Source of the DNA: Octopus bimaculoides
Taxonomy: Eukaryota
Length of the DNA stretch: 64,000 nt
Direction of reading: 5' to 3'
NCBI RefSeq assembly: GCF_001194135.2
Contig: NC_068998.1
Location: 7,496,838 to 7,560,837, forward strand
The notes beneath the pieces were generated by a model that searched no databases, was not told where the DNA came from, and worked only from the letters and a program-made list of their open reading frames with translations. This document shows positions 1 through 12,985 of this stretch, in pieces (within the stretch, counting starts at the first letter, position 1; each line of letters starts with the position of its first letter). The position numbers and the translations under genes are program-made.

Positions 1-295
1 CATACATACTTACATACATACATACGCACACATACATACATAACTGCATACACGCATTCATACATACATACACACATACATACCTGCATACATATATACA
101 CACATTCATATACACACACTCATGCAAACATACATACATACATACACATATACATACACATACATACATAGCTGCATGCACACAGTTATACATACATACA
201 TACATACATACATTCATACATACACATACACACATACATACGTACACACATACATACATACATACATACATACCTACATACATACACAACATATA
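1..295. repeat. Compound (CATA)n/(CA)n microsatellite
   Basis: Near-continuous catacatacata/cacacata arrays; these produce the spurious ORF 122..325. Confidence 0.95.
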
Positions 296-575
296 TTTCA
301 TGAAAGAATAAAATACATTATATGACCCACACACCGATCTTTGACACTTAATATGCAGTACATGGAATGGTGGTTGTCAGAACTTGGTATTTCTTTCTCA
401 TGCGATTTATATGAATAAATAATATTATGTAATAAGTTATAAATTAGTTTTTTTTTTCATATGGAAGCAAATAACAATGAAATATGTATGCTCTCATATG
501 TTTTTTCTGTTTTTCTTTTACATCCAAACATCAAGTCATTTCATATAACCTTTAAATTAGTATGTCTGGTTTAAC

Positions 576-1321
576 NNNNNNNNNNNNNNNNNNNNNNNNN
601 NNNNNNNNNNNNNNNNNNNNNNNNNNNNNNNNNNNNNNNNNNNNNNNNNNNNNNNNNNNNNNNNNNNNNNNNNNNNNNNNNNNNNNNNNNNNNNNNNNNN
701 NNNNNNNNNNNNNNNNNNNNNNNNNNNNNNNNNNNNNNNNNNNNNNNNNNNNNNNNNNNNNNNNNNNNNNNNNNNNNNNNNNNNNNNNNNNNNNNNNNNN
801 NNNNNNNNNNNNNNNNNNNNNNNNNNNNNNNNNNNNNNNNNNNNNNNNNNNNNNNNNNNNNNNNNNNNNNNNNNNNNNNNNNNNNNNNNNNNNNNNNNNN
901 NNNNNNNNNNNNNNNNNNNNNNNNNNNNNNNNNNNNNNNNNNNNNNNNNNNNNNNNNNNNNNNNNNNNNNNNNNNNNNNNNNNNNNNNNNNNNNNNNNNN
1001 NNNNNNNNNNNNNNNNNNNNNNNNNNNNNNNNNNNNNNNNNNNNNNNNNNNNNNNNNNNNNNNNNNNNNNNNNNNNNNNNNNNNNNNNNNNNNNNNNNNN
1101 NNNNNNNNNNNNNNNNNNNNNNNNNNNNNNNNNNNNNNNNNNNNNNNNNNNNNNNNNNNNNNNNNNNNNNNNNNNNNNNNNNNNNNNNNNNNNNNNNNNN
1201 NNNNNNNNNNNNNNNNNNNNNNNNNNNNNNNNNNNNNNNNNNNNNNNNNNNNNNNNNNNNNNNNNNNNNNNNNNNNNNNNNNNNNNNNNNNNNNNNNNNN
1301 NNNNNNNNNNNNNNNNNNNNN
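576..1321. other. Assembly gap (largest of about 18 N-runs)
   Basis: Run of N. Other large gaps: ~14134-14558, 15476-15980, 21284-21653, 25268-25823, 34274-34613, 37386-37848, 50145-50270, 53149-53295. Most abut (TA)n, (GA)n or (CA)n arrays, typical of a short-read draft. Confidence 0.99.
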
Positions 1322-2553
1322 TATATATATATATATACAATATATATATGTATAGTCATTTGTGCATACATTTATGTGTGTGTGTGTGTGTGTGTGTATA
1401 CATATATATATATATGTGGAAGTGCATATCAGATACATACTGTTGATATATTGATATATTGCATCTATGTAATTTGATGTGTAGAGCTGACCTTCTGATG
1501 CATGTCCTGTGTTCGTATAACACAACTGACAAATTTGTAATTATTCTTTCATAAATAATAACATCAATCTTTCATTGGTTATAGTTGATTGCCGTATTAA
1601 TAGAGTGGCGAATGTGTACAGTGGATATATTGATGTATGTACATATGTGTGTGCATGTATGTATATGTGTGTATGTGTGTGTGTGTGTGTGTGTGTAAAA
1701 GAAGCACTGAGTGTGTGTATATATAAGTCTGTATTCGACTTGTTCTGCTTGTATGTTTAGGTGTGTGTGAATTAATATGAATTGGGCTGCTTCTGTGTGG
1801 ATTTTGGAAAATGATGTATATGATTCTGTATGTATATAAGTGTGTATATAAGTGTATATAAGTGTGTATATAAGTATGTATATAAGTGTGTGCATGTTAT
1901 AGGGCATGTTTGTATGATAGACATATGTGTGTTTATTATAAGGTATGTGTATATTATAATTTGTATGAATGTTTGTATTTCATCTACCTGCGTACAAACC
2001 TATGTACATATTTTAGTCATACAGTTGTGTGTGTGTGTGTGCTTGTGTGTTAGAAGCTGTATGTATAAAAATCTACATATACGTTTGTGCGTGCATTTAT
2101 GTCTGTCTGTGTTAGACATTGTATGTGCATCCATGTTAGAAGTCGTTTGTGTATGCAAAAGCCGTTTGTGTGTGTGAGTATGTGTATGTGGTACATGTAA
2201 GTATAAAGAAGCTATGTGTTTGTATGCAGTATGTATGTTTACAAGTGAGTTTATGTGTGAATATTAGTGGCTAACTATGTGAACATGTAAGCGAGCACTT
2301 TTGTATGTGTGTACACGTGTGTGTGATAGAGTATAAGTATATTTACGAGTATTGGAAACTCAATATTTCTGAATGATATAAGCTATATGTGTTCATTATA
2401 TTACATGATGAATATGTCTTTACATATTAGGGTTTGAGTCCTTTAGAAATGGTCAGAAATGGAATGTAGTTTTGTAATTTAGAAGTTCTTTGTGTTTGTG
2501 AAAGCATGTGTCGAATTATATACAAGTGAATCTATGAATTTAAATGCATGCTG

Positions 2554-2790
2554 TTGGGCCTCATGGAGGCAAGTGGCTGAGTTTCTTTGCAGCTTTGGGC
2601 CTCATGGAGGCAAGTGGTTGAGTTTTTTTCGAGCGTTGGGCCTCATGGAGGCAAGTGGCTGAGATCCTTTCAAGCATTGCGCCTCATACAGGCACGTGGC
2701 TGAGTCCTTTCAAGTATTGGGCCTCATGGAAATAAGTGGCTGAGGTCTTTTCGGGTGTTGAGCTTTACGGAGACAATGACCAAGACCTGT
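2554..2790 (+). repeat. 41-bp minisatellite, about 5.5 copies
   Basis: Unit TTGGGCCTCATGGAGGCAAGTGGCTGAG...; copies start at 2554, 2595, 2636, 2677, 2717 and 2758. Confidence 0.9.
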
Positions 2791-2829
2791 GGCATTATGT
2801 CATGATTGAGACCCATCAAGCCGAGCAAA

Positions 2830-3005
2830 ATCAAAAGGCCAGCCTCGTGACACTCTGTATCACGCTGAATCTCCCCTGAGAACTACGTTAAAGATACACG
2901 TGTCTGTGGAGTGCTCAGCCACTTGCACATTAATTTCACGAGTAGGCTGTTCTGTTGATCGGATCAACTTGAACCTTCGTCGTCATGACCGACGGAGTGC
3001 CACGA
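2830..3005 (+). mobile_element. Interspersed repeat (unclassified non-autonomous element)
   Basis: GCTGAATCTCC...TGCTCAGC...TTGCACATTAATTTCAC...GATCGGATCAACT recurs at ~13310-13470 (+), with a diverged inverted copy at ~39905-40030. Confidence 0.75.
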
Positions 3006-4163
3006 TATACGTACACACACACATACATCATACATATATACATACCAGTAAATATGTATATATATATAAGGAAGTATATATGTATATCATTAGATTTTAT
3101 CTTAGCAATCAGTCATTTTCTAAAGTACTAACGACCATTACTTGGTTTTAACTTTAAATTGCATTGACTTCACATTAGTAGTGAATCATTTGCGTATGTA
3201 ATTATTGGTTGTACTCGTGAATTTTATCTGGTATATTATGCCTGTGCATATACATACATATACATACATATGCATACATACGTGCGCACACACACACATA
3301 CATACATATAACATATATACATATATATATGTATACGCACGCACACATATATATTTGGGTGACTGAGTATATATATATATATATATATATNNNNNNNNNN
3401 NNNNNNNNNNNNNNNTGTATGTATATGCAAGTGTGTGTCTGTGTGTTAGAAGAAAGTTTCAATCAGGAAAATCTGTTATTATCTGAGGCAATTTCCATCT
3501 ATTAATTAGTCGAGTCTGACTGAAAGAAACGAACGAATACGTGAATGACTGAGTGTATGAACGAGCGAGAAGACAATATAAAGATGAACTGATACAACCA
3601 GGAAGAAATGAAATGAAAAGACAAAAACAAAAACAAACAAAAAAAAAACAAGGAAAGGATACGTTAGAAACTGATTAGTAGGTTTTATTGTTTTTGTTTT
3701 TTTGTTTTTTGCTCTTAATGTTCGAAAAATAATGAAGTTGAAGCAAATAACATTAAAAATAAGGATACGAGGTTAATAGTTTGTGTAATAATTACTTAAT
3801 ACTACTAATATTTATATAAGTTGTAATGTGTTAATGTTGTTAGTGTTGTTGCTGTTGTTGTTGTTGGTGGTGGTGGTGGTGTTACTTGGCCCCAGGGCCG
3901 CTCTGGTTGAATAGAACTACGAGCAAAAATGTATTAATTGTTTGTTCTTTTGAGTTTTTTTTTCCAACACAATGTCTCCATGGTTTCATTATCCAAATGA
4001 TCCTACCTTTCTCTTTCTTTCAAATACGGTAGAGTGAAATTGGGAGATAAATTTGGCTGTCATTTCTAGCAGGTCAAATGTTTCCATCAAGGCTTTTTTG
4101 CTGGCTTGTAATTATATATAGAATTATATTGTAAAAACGATGACACACACATGCACAAGCATA

Positions 4164-4213
<50 letters not shown>

Positions 4214-4466
4214 GATACAGATCTTAGAAGAACAGAGTGGAGTAAGTGGAGCATGAACACCCACGGAAACGAAAAGTGTTACTGAAGAGGTCACAGATGT
4301 GTGACGAAAGATTTCCGGACAATGGACATGTGTTAATAATAACAACAGCAAACCTTTTCATATATGTACCTCGAGATTAACTGTCCATTATAAATAGCTC
4401 TGTATATTGTATATATTTCATACTCTGCTTTATTGACAAGACCAACTGATACAAATGAATTAAAAC

Positions 4467-4576
4467 GCAGCGAGCTGGCAGAAACGTTAGCATGTCGGAC
4501 AAAATGCTTGGTGGTATTTCGTCTGTTTTTACATTCTGAGTTCAAATTCCGTTGAGTTCGACTTTGCCTTTCATCG
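4467..4576 (+). mobile_element. SINE family A (AGCTGGCAGAA head, Nin-like core), truncated
   Basis: GAGCTGGCAGAAACGTTAGC...TTCTGAGTTCAAATTCCG...GACTTTGCCTTTCATC. Further copies at 36385-36590, 40080-40230, 46057-46296 and 58003-58212 (+), and 31550-31693 and 43690-43840 (-). Confidence 0.8.
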
Positions 4577-4577
4577 T

Positions 4578-4795
4578 CAAAATTTCAAAGTTATAAGATA
4601 ATGCATGATTAATTAAAAACAGTGGGAATGAAAAAGCATTAGATTTTACATAGTAATCTGAATGCTAAAGGGTGAAATTCATAAACTGAGGTTTCCACTG
4701 TAGTTATTTTACTAAATTCTTCATTATTTCAAAAATTATTGAAAACAAAGGCTTGATGTTTTCAACGGAGATATAGTAATGAAATGGTTAGTATA
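4578..4795. mobile_element. Two abutting MITE fragments with AAGGGTTAA-type ends
   Basis: ATAATGCATGATTAATT...AAGCATTA...TAATCTGAATGCTAAAGGGT matches 55722-55928. GTTATTTTACTAAATTC... matches the 5545-5763, 49070-49297 and 55400-55558 family. Confidence 0.6.
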
Positions 4796-4854
4796 ATTAG
4801 CAATAAGTCTCTCCTCTCTCTGTCTCTGTTTCTCTTTCTCTATTTGTCCATCCA

Positions 4855-5190
4855 GTGAAGGCGCATAGCTCAGTGGTTAGAGCATCAAACTTATGATCGT
4901 GAGGTTGTGAGTTCGAATCCAGGACCGGGCTGCGTGTTGTTTTCTTGAGCAAGACACTTTGTTTCACGTTGCTCCAGTTCATTCAGCTGTAGAAATCAGT
5001 TGCGATGTCACTGGTGCCAAGCTTTATTAGCTTTTGCCTTTCCATTGGATAACACTGGTGCCATGGTGAGGGGAGGCCAGTATGCATGGGCGACTGCTGG
5101 TCTTCTATAAACATCATTGCCCGGACTTGTTCCTGGGAGGGTAACTTTCTAGGTGCAATCCCAAGATCAGTCATGACCGAAGGGGGTCTC
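4855..5190 (+). mobile_element. tRNA-derived SINE family B, near full length
   Basis: tRNA-like head with A box (TAGCTCAGTGG, 4866) and B box (GTTCGAATCC, 4911), then a CORE/Meta-like TTCTTGAGCAAGACACTT...TTGCTCCAGTTCATTCAGCTG. No pairing acceptor stem, so not a tRNA. Related pieces at 11490-11790, 13000-13250 and 27535-27630 (-). Confidence 0.85.
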
Positions 5191-5544
5191 AGAAGGTAGA
5201 AGCCTCTTATCATCTTCATTTACTTATTTTATACAAACCAGAGTATTGTCTGTCAAAGAGCAACAAGTGTTAGGAACATACCATTTCTCACTGTAGTTAG
5301 TATCACGTAATGTTACATCTGTAAGTGACCGATACTTACACAAACAATATTATTGATTTTGATAAGATTTATACATTGAAAATGTACAAATGATAAATTT
5401 CTTGGATTTAGTCTTAATTAATTTTATAAATATTTTCATTTTGAAAATTAGAATTTATCTTGATATTTTGTAAACACTTTGAAAATTGAATGAAGTGAAA
5501 TTATAATTGTTAGGAGAAAGAATTACTTGATATTACTTGCAATG

Positions 5545-5763
5545 ATGTTCGTATTTTTATTGAAACACTCAGTTTTTGTTTCAACCAATTTATAGAATAA
5601 TAAATAATTTAAGAAAAATAACTTTGTCATTATTAAGCTGATGTTTGGAATATAAATTACCATGAAATTTTGATGGAAGGTTTTAATTAAGACAACTTTA
5701 AAACAATGTTTGTATCATAAAACTTAAGGACAGTTTCAAGTTGGTTGATATCAAAAGAGTTAA
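5545..5763 (+). mobile_element. ~220-bp MITE, possibly piggyBac-like (TTAA-type end)
   Basis: AAAATAACTTTGTCATTATTAAGCTGATGTTTGGAA...TTGGTTGATATCAAAAGAGTTAA. Homologous to 55400-55558 (+) and 49070-49297 (-). Superfamily is inferred from the end sequence only. Confidence 0.65.
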
Positions 5764-6569
5764 AACACTGTTATTTCAGACCTGTGATTTGCTGAAGATA
5801 TAAGATATATATAAGATGTGTCTGTGTGTATTGATCAAAAATTGAAAACAGACAATATCGGAGGATATTTACTTCATAATAAAGTATAGATAAAGTGCAA
5901 AGTATAAAACTGCTTCAGTAGAATGAATGCAAAACAGATGAGTGGACAAATGAAAGAAAGAGGCACACAGCATATTCAGTTCACATTTAGTAGGAGCTAT
6001 GTATGTTATTATTTAAAACAGTTTGATTCAGTGCTATGTGACTCAAAGTTTCTTACCAAAACTTAGCTTATCTGGTTCAGTCAACTGAATGGAAAGATGC
6101 AAGAAGATGGCTACCAGTAATGCAAATTTCTATTTTGATATTACCTAGAATGGCAAAGTATATTCATTCATTACTCACTATATGACAGACAACACTTTAG
6201 TTTGTGAAATAATTAGTTTAATATTACTAATTCTTAGAAATGCTGTGAATATTACATCTGAGAATAAACGATGATGTTGATAATTTGTTTAAATAATTAG
6301 TTTGTAATAGTTGTATTTATAAATATCGCAGATAAAGCTATTTAGATTGATCTGAAAATCAACAGCTGTATGATATATGAGAGGTTAATTAGCATTAATA
6401 ATATGTAAGAGGTGAATTATCAGGCAGTAGAACATTGGAAGAAATGTCTTGCCATATTTGTTCCACCTTTATTCTGAGTTCAAATCCAGTTGTGGTCAAC
6501 GTTGCCTTTTATCCTTCTGGCGTCATGTATAATGTACCGACCTTCAGTGATAGACTTGTGGAGCTAGTA

Positions 6570-6632
6570 GAGTATCAAATGTAATACCTGGAGCATCAAA
6601 TGTAATACCTGGAGCATCAAATGTAATACTTG
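6570..6632 (+). repeat. 21-bp tandem repeat, 3 copies
   Basis: GAG(T/C)ATCAAATGTAATAC(C/T)TG three times in tandem. Confidence 0.9.
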
Positions 6633-6708
6633 GTCCATTGTCTTCTGTGTTCAAATCCCACTGAGGTTAACTTTGTCAATGGAATGAAATTGGCATAACC
6701 ATCTAACA

Positions 6709-6780
6709 CAGTGGTTCCCAAACTTTTTTGGGCTACCGCCCCCTTGACACCTGGGCCACATAGTTGGTTGTAGCACCCCA
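6709..6780 (+). mobile_element. hAT/Charlie-like terminal fragment
   Basis: CAGTGGTTCCCAAACTTTTTTGG resembles the ends of hAT-Charlie non-autonomous elements. No partner TIR found. Confidence 0.45.
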
Positions 6781-8013
6781 ACTACAACCAACTATTACGA
6801 GCATAGATCTCTTTCTGAAGGAAATTCAAAGCAACCGTATTTCATAAGTAAAATTTAACCAAACAAACCCACTACTTTGTTGTTCTTAGGTGCCTACATT
6901 GGAATCTACTCTTTTCAAACATCTGGGTCAAGCCTCCTGTTTGAGGATAAATTCCTCTTATTAGTCTGGGAGGATAAGTAAAGGGCCATGTGTCCTGCCC
7001 TTTCTTCTTGGTCAAGTGATATAAATATTAAAGCAGAAATGAATAACAAAAACAGCAGGAAAACAAAATGTGTTGACTGAACATTTCGCTTATAATGAAT
7101 GTCCATATTTTCTGATTAACCAACAAATATCCAAGTGAGCAAAATAACACTAAAGATAACAAATAACAATGAGAATTCACCTGCATATTCCTACTCTCAA
7201 ATCGCATCGTTTATATCTCAATACACAAAATTAATGTCAGACAACAAAAATATTTGATGTGGAATAGTTTCCGACAAGGGAGTCTGGTTAAACAGAATCT
7301 AAACCCTATATTCAAATCATCATGATTGTCATTCTTCAGTGTTTATTTGTTTTGTTTTTTTGTATTTTTTTTTTTATATTTCAATAGCAAGGTAACTGGT
7401 TTTAAGCACTCCTGTGTTTTTACTAGTATTATTGATTCTTCATATTCCATCGCAATCCCCTATGAGATGACATGGCAAATGGTATGGTGGTTTGGTAGGG
7501 TTGAGGAGAACCAAAAGATTGGACAAATGAAGTGTTTAAAGAGACAGTAATTTATTTGAGAGTGGAACGAATAGCCAAAATGGAATTTGACCTGTTATGT
7601 TTATTAACCCATTGTGATTCTTTCCAATTAGAAGGAAGTGCTTGGCAAACAATCAGCTGAAATGGAAAATAATGGGATGCAAGCAAGCAGAAAAATGGTT
7701 CTGAATTAACTGACTACCCCCCCCCCCCNNNNNNNNNNNNNNCCCCCCATGCACACACTCTGCTTTCAAATTCCATTTCTTTCATTTGTCCCAGCACCGT
7801 TTCCTTTCAGTTGGTTCAGCATTAAAATTACAGTTTTCTCTCTTTCTTTTTTTACTCCCTTTCTCTGTCACTCGGTCTCTCTCTTTCCTTCTTACTCCCT
7901 TTTTCTATCACTCCCCCCTCTCTCTCTCTCTCTCTCTGTCACTTACAACTGAGTCAGAATGGCAACTCCCATAATTTTCCAGACTGTCTGAGTTTGATGG
8001 GGTTGATGTAGAA

Positions 8014-8059
<46 letters not shown>

Positions 8060-8062
<3 letters not shown>

Positions 8063-8455
8063 ACAAGGTGCATTTCAGAAGGTTCCAGATATTTTTTTAG
8101 GAGAAACAGTTATAACTGTCCTAGATGATTGTAAATTTAGTATATTGTTATTGTACGTCTAATAAGCTGACCTGCCACTATTTTTATCCCTGATTAAAGG
8201 AGACAGCTGAAACAGAATTTTGAATACACCCTACTAAACACAGCTTGTCATAGCTGACTAGTTTGCAGAATGCATTCAGGATATGAAAGCAAACTGGAAG
8301 CTTCATATGCAATAAAATTTTGCGTTAAACTGGGAAGAAATGCTATTGGAACTCATGAAATGATCCATACAGCTAATAGTTTAACTTGTATATATGAGCT
8401 TCAGTTTTTTTTGCTGGTGCAAGAGGTTCAAAGATGAAGTAGTTGTATGCTGTCA
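8060..8455 (+). mobile_element. Mariner transposon remnant: 5' TIR plus N-terminal HTH coding fragment
   Basis: TA-CACAAGGTGCATTTCAGAAGGTTCCAG end. 8297-8450 translates as EASYAIKFCVKLGRNAIGTHEMIHTA..., then after a frameshift WCKRFKD, matching the mariner N-terminus (YAIKFCxKLGKxATET...WxKRFK). Confidence 0.8.
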
Positions 8456-8780
8456 ACTTAATGTGACGGTCCCCTGAAGGGAGCTGGATTTTCTATGGGG
8501 AGATTGCCCTTGCTTACCCCTAACCTCAATTTCTAGACATGAGTGGTTCCGAGACCAAGGCCTCTACCATGATTTTTAAGAAATGTGGTGGAAAACTAAC
8601 TCAGGAAGGCAGGGACGCTACTCCCTGAGACCCCTTTCGGAGCCCCCTATCACTCTCTCACACACACACACACATGCATGTATGTATGTATGCCTACGTA
8701 TGTATAAATAGAATATTTTAACTTACTAACCATGAAACAGTGACTATAACCTTCTTCCTTAGCAATCTCAGTTTCAGTTT

Positions 8781-9482
8781 GGTTCAGCCATTTTGTAGAA
8801 TGTCATCAATTGTTGTACAGAATCCCCCCTTTTGTTCTCATATTCCAAGTGATCAAGAAAGGGTTTGTTCATGTTGGGGCCAAAGAATCACTGTACAGAC
8901 ATCCTAATGGCGATATTTTATCATTTCCATTCTGTTCGTGCAGCACAAACACATTGATAAAACATGCTCCAACTATCTAACATGGTGTAAATGTCAAACA
9001 GCTATTTAATGGTCAATGTTTAATTCTTCTGCAGCCTCCTGAGTTGTTTTGCACGGGTCTGATTCAATAACAATCATCAATTAATCATTGTCAATCACAG
9101 AAGTCCATCCACAACCCTCCTCGTATTCAAGTCTTTTGTTTCCACTTTGAAATTTCTAGAGCTAATGTTGATATGTATGTTTAGTGATGGTCCTGTGGGC
9201 AAATGCTTTGTTGATATTGGTAGCAGTTTCTGTTGTATTATGTTTCATTTTGAATTCACACAATAAATGCACACAAATTTACTTTTATTACTTCTATTTT
9301 TCCCTCTTTAATTTGACAGCCTAAAATAAACAAGCGAAAGTGAAACCATTAGTGTAAACGAATAGATCAAAATCTGTGCTTCAAAAGGATCTGTCACGTG
9401 CACACAGTTAAATACAACTTTACTCTAAAATAAGCATCAATGTTTGAAAATAATAAAAAGCTGTATTTACGCATCAGCCTAT
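8781..9482 (-). mobile_element. Second mariner remnant (Hsmar1/cecropia-like), 5' half
   Basis: With stops and frameshifts the minus strand reads EFKMKHNTTETATNINKAF...KFQSGNKRLEYEEGCGWTSVIDND*LMIVIESDPCKTTQEAAEELNIDH...FVLHEQ (cf. WVPHEL)...KPFLDHLEYENKRGILYNN**HSTKWLN. A degenerate TIR lies at ~9455-9482. Confidence 0.85.
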
Positions 9483-9506
9483 GTTTGCAGAAGACTGTAG
9501 CTTTCA

Positions 9507-9835
9507 ACTTTTACTTGTTTCAATCAATCACCTGTGGCCAGGCTGGGGCACAAATCTTGAAGAATTTTAATTGAACTTATCAATGCCATGGAGTGTACCA
9601 TTGTTCTTTTTTTCCGTCTTTGTTTTAGCATATATTCGCTGCTTTCTTCCAAGGAATCTGATGCTCTTAGCTTAGTTTTTCCTTGGGGCTGGCCAGATTG
9701 GAGCAATATTGAGAATAACCAGCCGAAATTGCAAAGATAATGTGGAACTCGACTGATGGAAGAAAACTCCGAATGACCCGTCCTTGTTTTGTTTGTATCG
9801 TCTATCTGGATGTTTTGTATTCTTGCCTCATTTTG
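9507..9835. mobile_element. Composite: SINE tail fragment (-) plus unclassified repeat
   Basis: 9507-9590 CTTTTACTTGTTTCAATCA...CTTGAAGAATTTTA matches the tail at 32700 and 48030. 9770-9830 GAATGACCCGTC...TATCGTCTATCTG has an inverted homologue at 16510-16610. Confidence 0.55.
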
Positions 9836-9837
9836 TA

Positions 9838-9877
<40 letters not shown>

Positions 9878-10852
9878 NNNNNNNNNNNNNNNNNNNNNNN
9901 NNNNNNNNNNNNNNNNNNNATATATACATTTACTTATCTAATTATTTATATTTTTATACACACACACACACATACACACACACACACACACACATACACA
10001 CACACACACACACACCCACACACATTATAATATATGTATATATCTGATGGCTGGAGTGTGGAACTCTTATTGTGAGATAACAATCCAGTTTCAATGAACT
10101 GTATACTCATGTATTCTAGAATAGTCATTGAGCATTCATCTCTCATACGTCAGCACAATTCAACATTCTCTCTCTCTCACATGCACACACAGATACACAC
10201 ACACATACACATTTATATATATCATATGTGAACGCATGTATATTTGCATTTATGTACGTATATTTACGCATGTGCGTTTCTGCACATATATATTTAAGAA
10301 TACATCTCTACATACATATGGACATTACATGTATGCGAGTAATGTTATCAAATGCATTATGACGAAAATTAATTGACAATATACCTTACTTCAATATTGG
10401 ACTGACATGAATTGAATACTGGAATGACATAAATGAAAGTTTGAAGGGAATTTGTCAGCCTTTCACGAATTTAATTTTCACCAATATTTACTTTGTAGGA
10501 AGGACTTGGGCTTCATTGAAACCGAGATGACTATAATCACCAGTACTTATGTTATATAAACGTTCATATGATATTAAGTTATAGCAAACACATTTATCTC
10601 ATTGAATTGTTTCTAAGATGAGATTCAGAAATTTATTTATTTATTTATTCTTGTTTTTACCCAACCCGCCCTCCTCCTCCTTCTCCTACGTCCTTACCAT
10701 CTTCGTGCGAGTATTTGTTTGTTCCAATCGTATTTATACAGCCGATTGCTTCAGCTTGACAAGAGATCACTTCCATAATTGGTGAAATTTATAAATATCT
10801 GGTTTTGGATTATCTCTATGCATCAAAAATTTGTAATACAGCTTTTCATGAG

Positions 10853-10888
<36 letters not shown>

Positions 10889-11407
10889 CAACAGTAATAT
10901 TAATAATGATGATGATGATCATGATGATGATGATGATGATGATGACAAAGACATTGACGATGACGACGATGATGATGTGGTTGATGATGTAGCTATGGTT
11001 GTCTGATTGAAAAGTTTGTGTCGCAATGCCTTAGTTTAGAAGCAAGGAAGGAAGTGCTGTGTTCAATCCTGTGCCGCACTGTGTCTTGGATATATCCATC
11101 CTTAAGTTTCCTTTTAGGCATGGAAACTTTGAGCAATACTTTTGGATATGTATTGATGTATGTATGTCCATGTGTACATGTATATATACCTATACATACA
11201 TATAAATATATATAAATTAAAAACGTAAAAATAAAAAAACAGAACACAAAGGATTCCGCGGTACACGTGTTTCAAGCTTTATAGTCATAGCATCATTATA
11301 TTGGTATATAATTGATAGACAGGATGGTATAAAGCTATCTTCAGCCGCAAATATATAAATATATATATATATATATCTGCATATACATTTCCATATATTA
11401 TGCATAT

Positions 11408-11448
<41 letters not shown>

Positions 11449-12074
11449 CCCACATATATAAACTTTGTAGATGAAAGATTTGGCAACTTTTAAAAATCGA
11501 GTTGTATTGGCCTTTGCCTTTCCCTCGGATAATATCAGTGGTGTGGAAAGGGGTGCCTCGTATGCATAGCCAACTGCTGGTCTTCTATAAAGGGAGGTGA
11601 ACTTTCTGGGTATAATCCCATGGTCATTTATGACTGAAGGGGGTCTTTACTCTTTTTTTTTTTTAAGCATGTAGCCAAATGGTTAGAACACTAGCTTCAT
11701 GCTCATTTTTGAACTCACCGACACATTGCATCCCTGAGTAAGGCACTTCATTGCCTGTTGCTCCAGTCTCTATTAGTTACATATCAGGTGCTCTCTATTA
11801 CCCACAGACTCTAAAACAATTAACAACAGTATGGTACGTTTGTTTACAATGTTATCCTCATTTCTGAGTGATGGCCATACTTTTAAGATGTATTGTTAGA
11901 TAAATGTCTCAGTCAATGAATAGATGAATCGATGGCATGGTGATTGACAGAGACATAGATTGAGGGCTGTTTAAGTAGAGACACACAAGATATTTATGCA
12001 TCTCTGCGTTTATAAATGTATGTGCACACACATATTTATGTGTGAATATATATATCTATATATATACACACACG

Positions 12075-12106
<32 letters not shown>

Positions 12107-12747
12107 TCTGTGCATGTATGTGTGAATAGTGAGATAGGCACCAGTTTGATGGAGATAAAATGTTGGTTTGATGTATATGGACAAGGGGATTAAGTAGACA
12201 TGAAGACAGAAATCTCATAGGAAATAGATGGATATCTGTTTAAATAGAAAGGTAGAAATTAATACAGGTATAGACAAATCCTTAGAGAAAAAGAATAATA
12301 AAATATGAATTGAGAGAGAAAGAGAGAAAGGGGTGAAAAGAGAGAGAAAAGCACAAGAGATGGAGAAAGAATGAAAGTAGAATGAGTAGAGAGATGTGAA
12401 GTTAATAATACAAACAGAGAAGGAAGTTGTTTGTTCTTATTTAACCACAGGTCAGCCTGGCTTAACATACCAATGACCTAAAGGATTCTAGATGTGACCA
12501 GTGTGTTTCTTTGTATATCTACTGCTTACAATGCCAAATATTTTGTTTACTTTTTAATATTTCTTGTAGGACATAAGAGTGCAGATTTAAAAGAAAGAGA
12601 TTTGACTGTGGTTTCTAGCATGTGGTATGAGTGCATGTAAGGGCTACTTTATTGGGTTGAAGAACAGGTGTATGTAAAATCATTGTGTTAATGTCCACTT
12701 TTTCCATGCTTACAATGTTAGGGATTATATGTATACATATATTAATA

Positions 12748-12787
<40 letters not shown>

Positions 12788-12789
12788 TA

Positions 12790-12985
12790 GGGTGCTGGTT
12801 ACAATGTAAAAAGCACCCACAACACTTTGTCAAGTGTTTGGTGTGAAGAAGGGCATCCAGCCATAGAAACAAAGCCAAACCAGATGAGAGCTGAATGTGG
12901 CTGTCCAGCTTGTTAGCTCCTGTCAAACCATCCAACCCATACCAGCATGGAAAACAGACATTAAATGGTGATGATGATGATGATG
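12790..12985 (+). mobile_element. LINE/SINE 3' tail ending in (GAT)n (RTE-like)
   Basis: GTAAAAAGCACCCAC...GAAGGGCATCCAGCC...TCCAACCCATACCAGCATGGAAAACAGACATTAAA followed by (TGA)n. The same tail occurs at 25188-25267. Confidence 0.65.

Noticed and set aside
2554-2790. Regularly spaced 41-bp repeats superficially like a CRISPR array (also the 27-bp array at 46093)
   Set aside because: The units are directly adjacent with no unique spacers, the context is eukaryotic, and there are no cas genes.
4860-4930. tRNA-like sequence with A and B boxes
   Set aside because: There is no pairing acceptor stem and it continues directly into a SINE core, so it is a SINE head. The same applies to 56945-57016.
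12570-12624. TTCTTGTAG| followed by an open frame GHKSADLKERDLTVVSSM
   Set aside because: The sequence matches a dispersed repeat (AGATTTG(A/G)CTG...TTTCTAGCA) also present at ~4030-4075 and inverted at ~63740-63770.
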